Assembly (NCBI GenBank): GCA_963794065.1
Contig: CAWCDA010000043.1
Coordinates: forward strand, 10,576 to 74,575
DNA from: an uncultured Actinomycetes bacterium
GTDB taxonomy: Bacteria; Actinomycetota; UBA4738; HRBIN12
Direction of reading: 5' to 3'
DNA length: 64,000 nucleotides
The notes below the pieces were generated by a model that was given only the letters and a program-made list of their open reading frames with translations, searched no databases and was not told the DNA's origin. Both the position numbers and the translations under genes were made by a program. Below are positions 57,615-64,000 of this stretch, one piece after another; the stretch's first letter is position 1; every line of letters starts with the position of its first letter.

Positions 57615-58460
57615 GTGAGCGAGTACGCCAATCCCGACGCGCTGGTCTCCACGGACTGGCTCGAAGCTCATCTCGATGATCCGACCGTCCGCGTCATCGA
57701 GGTGGACGAGGACACCACCGCCTACGAGAAGGGTCACATCCGCGGCGCGGTCGGCTGGAACTGGACGACCGACCTGCACACGGACGTCGGCCGCGACTAC
57801 AAGGACCAGGGGGGCTTCGCCGATCTGCTCTCGGCCGCCGGCGTCGGCGCCGAGACCACGGTCGTCCTTTACGGCGGCAACAACAACTGGTTCGCCGCCT
57901 ACGCGTATTGGCTCCTGAAGCTGCGCGGCTTCGACGCCGTGCAGCTGTTGAACGGCGGCCGGAAGAAGTGGGAGCTCGAGAGCCGCGAGTTGGTCGACGA
58001 GACTCCGACGTACGAGGCATCGGGTCATGTGTTCCTGGGGGAGGAACACCCGGAGGTGCGCGCCTTCCGCGACGAGGTCGTGTCCAAGGTCGGCACCGAG
58101 ACGGGGTTCGTCGACGTCCGCTCGCCCGAGGAGTTCCGCGGCGAGAAGCTCGCGCCCGACCACCTGCCGCAGGAGCAGGCGCAGGTCCCCGGGCATATCG
58201 TCGGTGCGGCGAACATCCCGTGGGTGCAGGCCGCCAACGACGACGGCACGTTCAAGAGCGCGGACGAGCTCCGGGCGCTCTATGCGGCGCAGGGCATCAC
58301 AGCGGACTCCGAGGTGATCGCGTACTGTCGGATCGGCGAGCGCTCGTCGCACACATGGTTCGCGCTGCAGGAACTGCTCGGCTTCCCAGCGGTGAAGAAC
58401 TACGACGGGTCCTGGACGGAGTACGGCTCGCTCGTGGGCGTGCCGGTCGAACTCGGCTGA
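57615..58460 (+). CDS. Thiosulfate/3-mercaptopyruvate sulfurtransferase (tandem rhodanese)
   Basis: The ORF is 281 aa. The N-terminus reads [11 protein letters not shown] and GHIRGAV. The active-site loop is CRIGERSSH. Confidence 0.88.
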   Translation: MSEYANPDALVSTDWLEAHLDDPTVRVIEVDEDTTAYEKGHIRGAVGWNWTTDLHTDVGRDYKDQGGFADLLSAAGVGAETTVVLYGGNNNWFAAYAYWLLKLRGFDAVQLLNGGRKKWELESRELVDETPTYEASGHVFLGEEHPEVRAFRDEVVSKVGTETGFVDVRSPEEFRGEKLAPDHLPQEQAQVPGHIVGAANIPWVQAANDDGTFKSADELRALYAAQGITADSEVIAYCRIGERSSHTWFALQELLGFPAVKNYDGSWTEYGSLVGVPVELG

Positions 58461-58493
58461 ACCGGCGGGGCGGCCGGCGGGTAGCATCGCTCC

Positions 58494-59249
58494 GTGCAAC
58501 CAGCCGAGGCGGCGCCCGCCGCCGGCCGCTACGGCCATCCCAACCCGCTCCTGACCGATCACCGTCGCGCACTCCTGTACGGCGGGGCGCTCATCGCGCT
58601 GACGCTCGGCATGCTGCTGGGCGTCGGCATCCATCCGACCGCCGCCGCGCCGCTCACGACCCTGCCGGCGATCGGCCACATCGACGCCTCGTTCTACGAC
58701 GCGGTCGTCCGGATCCGCGGTCCGGTGCTGACCGACGTCTTCAAGGTCTTCAACGTCACGGGCGGGGGGATCGTCACGATCCCGCTGCGCATCGCCCTGT
58801 TGGGCGTGCTGCTGTGGCGACGCCGATGGGGTGCCGCCACGGCGTTCGCGATCGCATGGCTCGTCTCGGAGTTCGGTCTGGAGCTCCTCAAGGTGACCTT
58901 CCATCGAGGCCGGCCGCCGATCCCGCTGGTCACCAATGCGGGCACCTATTCGTTCCCATCGGGGCACGCCACCGCCGCGGCCGCGATCGCGGTGTCCGTC
59001 GTCCTGGCGTTCTTCCCACACGGGGTCCGCCGCCGGAAGTGGATCGTGGCCGCGATCGCGTTCGCCTTCGTCATGGCGTTCTCCCGCGTCTATCTCGGCG
59101 CCCACTGGCTCTCCGATGTGGAGACAGGGGTCCTGTTCGGGACCTCGGTGGCCGTGCTGTCCTTCGCGGTCGTCGACGAGGTCCGTCATGCAACGCTTCG
59201 CCGGCGGGCCGGCGCGTCGCCGATCGGCCAGGTGGCTCCCGCGAGCTGA
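58494..59249 (+). CDS. PAP2-family membrane phosphatase
   Basis: It has the three PAP2 motifs [13 protein letters not shown] and [12 protein letters not shown], and several TM segments. Confidence 0.85.
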   Translation: MQPAEAAPAAGRYGHPNPLLTDHRRALLYGGALIALTLGMLLGVGIHPTAAAPLTTLPAIGHIDASFYDAVVRIRGPVLTDVFKVFNVTGGGIVTIPLRIALLGVLLWRRRWGAATAFAIAWLVSEFGLELLKVTFHRGRPPIPLVTNAGTYSFPSGHATAAAAIAVSVVLAFFPHGVRRRKWIVAAIAFAFVMAFSRVYLGAHWLSDVETGVLFGTSVAVLSFAVVDEVRHATLRRRAGASPIGQVAPAS

Positions 59250-59347
59250 TCGCGCCGGGTCGACGTCTGGCCGTAAATCCGACCCATCCGATAGACTTTC
59301 CTCATCCGGCGTGCGCGCGCCGCGGTCGTCAGCAAGGGGGGACCCTC

Positions 59348-60760
59348 GTGGTCATCAGCCAGGAAGAGCATCTCAAGGAGCTCAGCAAGGACTATCGGTT
59401 CGACTGGAAGGACGAGTCCCATTCGGTTTTCGAGCCGAAGCGCGGCCTGTCCAAGGAGGTCGTCGAGGAGATCTCGGGGCTCAAGGACGAGCCCGACTGG
59501 ATGCGCAAGCGTCGTCTGAAGGCCCTCGAGCATTTCGACGCTCGTCCGATGCCCTGGTGGGGCGCCGACCTCTCGGACATCGACTTCGCCAACATCTTCT
59601 ATTTCATCCGATCGACCGAGAAGATGGCGGCCAACTGGGAAGACCTGCCCGACGACATCAAGGGCACCTGGGACAAACTCGGCATCCCCGAGGCCGAGAA
59701 GAAATACCTCGGCGGTGTGAGCGCTCAGTACGAGTCCGAGGTCGTCTATCACAAGATCAAGAAGGAACTCGACGACATCGGTGTGCTCTTCACCGACATG
59801 GACTCGGCCCTGCGCGACTACCCCGATCTGGTCAAGGAGCACTTCGGCACGATCATCCCGTCCAACGACAACAAGTTCGCGGCGCTCAACACCGCCGTGT
59901 GGTCTGGCGGGTCGTTCATCTACGTGCCGCCGGGCGTCCAGGTAGACATCCCGCTGCAGGCCTACTTCCGGATCAACGCCGAGAACATGGGGCAGTTCGA
60001 GCGCACGCTGATCATCGCCGACGAGGGCAGCTACGTGCACTACGTGGAGGGGTGCTCCGCGCCGATCTACTCGAGCGACTCGCTGCACTCCGCCGTGGTC
60101 GAGATCAAGGCCATGAAGGGCGCCCGGGTTCGCTACACGACGATCCAGAACTGGTCGACAAACGTCTACAACCTGGTGACGAAGCGGGCCGCCGCCTACG
60201 AAGACGCCGTGATGGAGTGGGTCGACGGCAACATCGGTTCGAAGGTCACGATGAAGTACCCGTCGATCTACCTGCTCGGCGAGGGTGCCCGCGGCGAGAT
60301 CCTGTCGGTGGCGTTCGCCGGCAAGGGCATGCATACCGACGCCGGCGGCAAGGCGATCCACGCGGCGCCGCACACGACGAGTGTGATCAACTCGAAGTCG
60401 GTCTCGAAGGACGGCGGTCGCACCGGGTACCGCGGGCTCGTGCGCGTGGAGCCCGATGCGCACCACGCGAAGTCCACGGTGCGCTGCGACGCGCTGATCC
60501 TGGACGACGAGTCGCGTTCGGACACCTACCCCTACATCGAGGTGGAGGACGAGACGGCATCGCTGGGCCACGAGGCCACGGTCTCCAAGGTCGGCGACGA
60601 CCAACTCTTCTATCTGATGAGCCGCGGTCTGTCCGAGGTCGAGGCGACGGCGATGATCGTCAACGGGTTCATCGAGCCGATCACGCGCGAGCTGCCGATG
60701 GAGTACGCGGTCGAGCTGAACCGCCTGATTGAGCTGCAGATGGAGGGCTCCGTCGGATGA
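59348..60760 (+). CDS. sufB: Fe-S cluster assembly protein SufB (no intein)
   Basis: It is 470 aa from the GTG. Motifs: [32 protein letters not shown] and HEATVSKV. Confidence 0.95.
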   Translation: MVISQEEHLKELSKDYRFDWKDESHSVFEPKRGLSKEVVEEISGLKDEPDWMRKRRLKALEHFDARPMPWWGADLSDIDFANIFYFIRSTEKMAANWEDLPDDIKGTWDKLGIPEAEKKYLGGVSAQYESEVVYHKIKKELDDIGVLFTDMDSALRDYPDLVKEHFGTIIPSNDNKFAALNTAVWSGGSFIYVPPGVQVDIPLQAYFRINAENMGQFERTLIIADEGSYVHYVEGCSAPIYSSDSLHSAVVEIKAMKGARVRYTTIQNWSTNVYNLVTKRAAAYEDAVMEWVDGNIGSKVTMKYPSIYLLGEGARGEILSVAFAGKGMHTDAGGKAIHAAPHTTSVINSKSVSKDGGRTGYRGLVRVEPDAHHAKSTVRCDALILDDESRSDTYPYIEVEDETASLGHEATVSKVGDDQLFYLMSRGLSEVEATAMIVNGFIEPITRELPMEYAVELNRLIELQMEGSVG

Positions 60761-62025
60761 CGACGTTCGATCGAGCAGCGCTCGAGGCGCTGCCGGTCGC
60801 ACCGGGGTTCACCGGCGCGATCCGCGCTCGCGCCTTCGAGCAGTTCGAGGCGCTGCCAACGCCCTCCCAGGGGACGGAGGAGTGGCGGTACACCGACCTG
60901 TCGGCCTTCGAGCTGGACTTCGCCCCTCACATGCCCGGTCACGGCCGCGGCGTGCCCGCACACGACGACGCCGGGATCGCGGCCACGATGTTGCATCACA
61001 ATTCGAGCAACGTCATGACCACCTCCGGACAAGACGTGGAGACCAAAGGGGTCGTGTTCTGCGATCTGGATGTGGCTGCCGAGAAATACCCCGAGCTCGT
61101 CGAGCCCCACCTGCACGCGTTGGTGCCGACAGATCGAACCCGGTTCACGGCGTTGCACGCCGCGTTCCGAACGGGCGGCACCTTCCTCTACGTGCCCGCC
61201 GACGTGGCGATCGAGCTGCCGTTGCAGACGCTGACCTACCTCGATGCGGAAGGCGCGGCGGTGTTCCCGCACACCCTGCTGATCGCCGAGCGCGGCGCGG
61301 AGGTCACGCTCATCGACCGGTACACGTCGCCCGACCTCGGGCGCGCGTTCTCCGACGCGGTCGTCGAGATCGTGGTGGGCGAGGGCGCGCACGTTCGGTA
61401 CGCCTCGATCCAGGAGTGGGGCTCGGGTATGACCCACCTGTCCGTCCAACGGGCCCGCGTCGGCCGCGACGCTGACTTCCGTTCGCTGGCGGTCGGCTTC
61501 GGTGCGTCGCTGTCGCGGGCCGAGGCCGAGACCGTCTTGGCCGAGCCCGGCGGGTTCTCCGAGATGCTTGGTGTGTTCTTCGCCGACGGCGATCAGCACT
61601 TCGATCACCGGTCGGTGCAGGATCACGTGGCGCCCAACTGCACGAGCGACCTGCTCTATAAGGGGGCGCTGCGCGACGAGAGTCGCGCCGTGTACAGCGG
61701 CTGGGTGCACGTGCGTCCCAACGCGCAGAAGACGAGCGCGATGCAGACTTCGCGCAACATCGTGCTGTCCGAGCACGCGAAGGCCGATGCGATCCCCAAC
61801 CTCGAGATCGAGGCGAACGACGTTCGCTGTGGCCATGCCGCCAGCGTGGGTCCCGTCGAGGAAGACATGTTGTTCTACCTCGAGAGCCGAGGGATCCCGC
61901 GCGACGAGGCCGAGCGGCTGGTCGTCACCGGGTTCTTCCAGGAGGTGCTGGACCGCGTCTCCCTCGAGGGAGTCCGCCACGGCGCGGAGCTGGCGATCCA
62001 GGAAGAGCTCGGGAGGTCCGCGTGA
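60757..62025 (+). CDS. sufD: Fe-S cluster assembly protein SufD
   Basis: The ORF is 422 aa, with an ATGA overlap with sufB. The beta-helix C-terminus reads [20 protein letters not shown]...LFYLESRGI. Confidence 0.9.
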   Translation: MTTFDRAALEALPVAPGFTGAIRARAFEQFEALPTPSQGTEEWRYTDLSAFELDFAPHMPGHGRGVPAHDDAGIAATMLHHNSSNVMTTSGQDVETKGVVFCDLDVAAEKYPELVEPHLHALVPTDRTRFTALHAAFRTGGTFLYVPADVAIELPLQTLTYLDAEGAAVFPHTLLIAERGAEVTLIDRYTSPDLGRAFSDAVVEIVVGEGAHVRYASIQEWGSGMTHLSVQRARVGRDADFRSLAVGFGASLSRAEAETVLAEPGGFSEMLGVFFADGDQHFDHRSVQDHVAPNCTSDLLYKGALRDESRAVYSGWVHVRPNAQKTSAMQTSRNIVLSEHAKADAIPNLEIEANDVRCGHAASVGPVEEDMLFYLESRGIPRDEAERLVVTGFFQEVLDRVSLEGVRHGAELAIQEELGRSA

Positions 62026-62336
62026 GCGAGGTCCGCGTGTGTGGCATCGCGGAGGTGCCCGTCGGTGAGGCCAGGCGGTTCGCGGTCGAGGACCAACAGG
62101 TCGCGGTCGTGAACCTCGGCGAGGGCGGGTTCCACGCGATCGACGCGGTCTGCTCGCACGAGCACTTCTTCCTGGACGAGGGCGACGTCGACGAGACGGA
62201 GGGGACGATCGAGTGCCCGAAGCACGGCTCGCTGTTCGATGTCGGATCGGGCAAGCCCCTGGGCCTGCCCGCGATCAAGCCCGTCGCCACGTATCCGGTG
62301 ACGCTGAACGATGACGCTGTTTGGATCGACGTGTGA
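62022..62336 (+). CDS. Rieske [2Fe-2S] ferredoxin-like protein
   Basis: The ORF is 104 aa, with a GTGA overlap with sufD. It carries CSHEH...CPKHGSLF. Confidence 0.88.
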   Translation: MSEVRVCGIAEVPVGEARRFAVEDQQVAVVNLGEGGFHAIDAVCSHEHFFLDEGDVDETEGTIECPKHGSLFDVGSGKPLGLPAIKPVATYPVTLNDDAVWIDV

Positions 62337-62343
62337 GGACGAG

Positions 62344-63146
62344 ATGACGACCGAGAAGACGACACCAGCCACCCTTGAGGTCCGCGGACTCCATGCGACC
62401 GTGGAGGGAAAGCCGATCCTGCGCGGGATCGACCTCACGATCCGCCAGGGTGAGATCCACGCGCTGATGGGCCCCAACGGGTCGGGCAAGTCAACCCTGT
62501 CCAACGTGATCATGGGCCGGCCCGGCTACGTGGTGACCGAGGGGCAGGTCCTGCTCGACGGCGAGAACATCACGCCGCTGACCGCCGACGAACGGGCCAA
62601 GCGGGGCCTGTTCCTGGCGATGCAGTATCCGACGGAGATCCCCGGCGTGTCCGTGGTGAACTTCCTGCGGACGGCCTACCAGTCCATCAAGGCCGAGCAG
62701 ATCAGCGCGCTGGCGTTCCGCAAGCACATGAAGACCCAGATGGACCGGCTCGGCATCGAGGACTCGATGGTGCAGCGCTACGTGAACCAGGGGTTCTCAG
62801 GTGGCGAGAAGAAGCGGAACGAGGTGCTGCAACTCGCCGTGCTCGAGCCCAAGATCGCGCTGTTGGACGAGACCGACTCCGGCCTCGACATCGATTCGCT
62901 GAAGCTGGTTGCCGAGATCGGTGAACGAGCTGATCGGGCCCGAGCTCGGCGTGCTGGTGATCACGCACTATCAGCGCATGCTCAACTACATCACGCCCGA
63001 CTACGTCCACGTGATGATGCTCGGTCGCATCGTGCAGTCCGGCGGCCCCGAGCTGTCCCATGAGCTCGAGGCGAAGGGATATGAAGGCATCCGGCGCGAG
63101 CTCGGCCTCGAGGAGGCCGAGCTCGCCGAGGAGGCCCAGGTCAGCC
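62344..63146 (+). pseudogene. sufC: Fe-S cluster assembly ATPase SufC, frame broken near 62917-62922 and no stop codon found
   Basis: Frame 1 gives GPNGSGKSTL, the signature FSGGEKKR and ILDETDSGLDIDSLKLVAE. The conserved continuation VNELIGPELGVLVITHYQRMLNYITPDYVHVMMLGRIVQSGGPEL is in frame 2. The 3' limit is set arbitrarily at the sufS start. Confidence 0.85.
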
Positions 63147-64000
63147 GTGGGCTTCGACGCTGCATCCGTCCGGCTCGACTTCCCGATCTTGGAGCGCGCT
63201 TCAACGGGAAGCCGTTGGTCTACCTGGATTCGGCGGCGACCTCCCACAAGCCCACGGCGGTGATCGAGGCCGAGGCCGACTTCTATCGGCTGCACAACGC
63301 GAACGCCCACCGCGGCATCTACACCTTGGGCGAGGAGGCGACCGAGCTCTACGAGCAGGCGCGCTCGACGATCGCATCGTTCTTCGGCGCGAAGGACGCC
63401 GCGCGGCTGGTCTTCACGCGCGGCACGACGGAGTCGATCAACCTCGTCGCGCTCGCGTGGGGTCGCGCGCATGTGCGCGAGGGCGACACCATCGTGCTCA
63501 CGGAGATGGAGCACCACTCGAACATCGTGCCCTGGCAGCTGCTGGCGAAGGCGACCGGCGCCGAGCTGCGCTACATCGGGCTCACGGACGACGGGTTCCT
63601 CGATCTGTCGAACCTGGAAGAGGTGCTGACGGAACGGACGAAGGTGCTCGCGGTCACGGCGATGTCCAACGCGCTCGGCACGATCACCCCGCTCACTCGG
63701 CTCGTGGACGCCGCACACGCGGTGGGCGCGATCGCCGTCGTGGACGCCGCGCAAGCCGCCCCGCACCTCGGCTTGGACCTCCAGGCGCTCGGCGCGGACG
63801 CGGTCGCCTTCTCGGGGCACAAGATGCTGGGCCCAACGGCCAGCGGTGGTCTGCTCGCAACCCGAGCGCTGCTCGATGACATGGAGCCGCTGTTCGGCGG
63901 CGGCGACATGATCCGCGAGGTCTTCCACGACCATTCGACCTGGAACGACGTGCCCTTCCGGTTCGAGGCCGGCACGATGCAGGTCGCGCAGCAGATCGGG
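63147..64000 (+). pseudogene. sufS: Cysteine desulfurase SufS (class V aminotransferase), frame broken near 63195-63200, 3' end outside window
   Basis: The GTG at 63147 (frame 0) gives VGFDAASVRLDFPILER. The rest (FNGKPLVYLDSAATSHKP...ANAHRGIY...EHHSNIVPW...SGHKMLGP) is in frame 2 and is open to the window end. Confidence 0.85.

Noticed and set aside
1-64000. tRNA, rRNA, CRISPR arrays, prophage, toxin-antitoxin or known defence-system genes.
   Set aside because: I scanned both strands for T-loop-like GGTTCGAAnC contexts, regularly spaced repeats and signature proteins (Cas, RT, integrase, nuclease/ATPase pairs). All GGTTCGAA hits lie inside well-supported coding frames, and no such proteins appear in the ORF set.

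Overview
This is a high-GC (roughly 70%) chromosomal segment that looks like Actinomycetota. The supporting markers are a Rieske gene inside the suf operon, glbO, csoR-copA, lhr, the zinc-ribbon/rnhA/rnpB synteny and a DinB-fold protein. I call about 60 tightly packed genes and one RNA gene, the RNase P RNA. I found no rRNA, tRNA, CRISPR array, transposase, integrase or phage gene.

Gene content from 5' to 3':
- a SARP/STAND regulator, an MFS exporter and a receiver-like membrane protein with a His/Gly-rich tail carrying an 18-bp tandem repeat;
- a minus-strand run containing an ECF sigma factor, two PD40 beta-propellers, a GcvT-family enzyme and small detoxification-type enzymes (pirin, PPOX, DinB, a class IV aminotransferase);
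- an amine-oxidation cluster: a TPQ copper amine oxidase, a Tat-exported BBE-like FAD oxidase and two tandem AlaDH/PNT-family paralogues;
- the lhr helicase, then a decayed patch (S51 peptidase, a phosphoesterase remnant, glbO, an amidohydrolase);
- SURF1, an SDR, an orphan Flp pilin, rnhA-rnpB and lipA;
- a roughly 1700-aa kinase with 9 PAS domains and 1 GAF domain, sitting behind an orphan 2-oxoacid dehydrogenase E1 alpha/beta pair;
- a copper cassette (YHS, csoR, copA) with a clear operator, followed by thioredoxin-TPR and methyltransferase genes;
- a complete lpd-E1alpha-E1beta-E2-lipB operon, then gcvT;
- a two-component pair, and the sufBD-Rieske-sufCS operon.

I did not find a convincing new defence or mobile system. 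The most striking property is technical or evolutionary. At least eleven reading-frame breaks occur inside otherwise well-conserved genes, including lhr, sufC and sufS. This points to indel errors in the consensus or, less likely, to active gene decay. It should be resolved before any functional interpretation.

All product calls rest on motifs I recognised by eye in the supplied translations. No database search was run.
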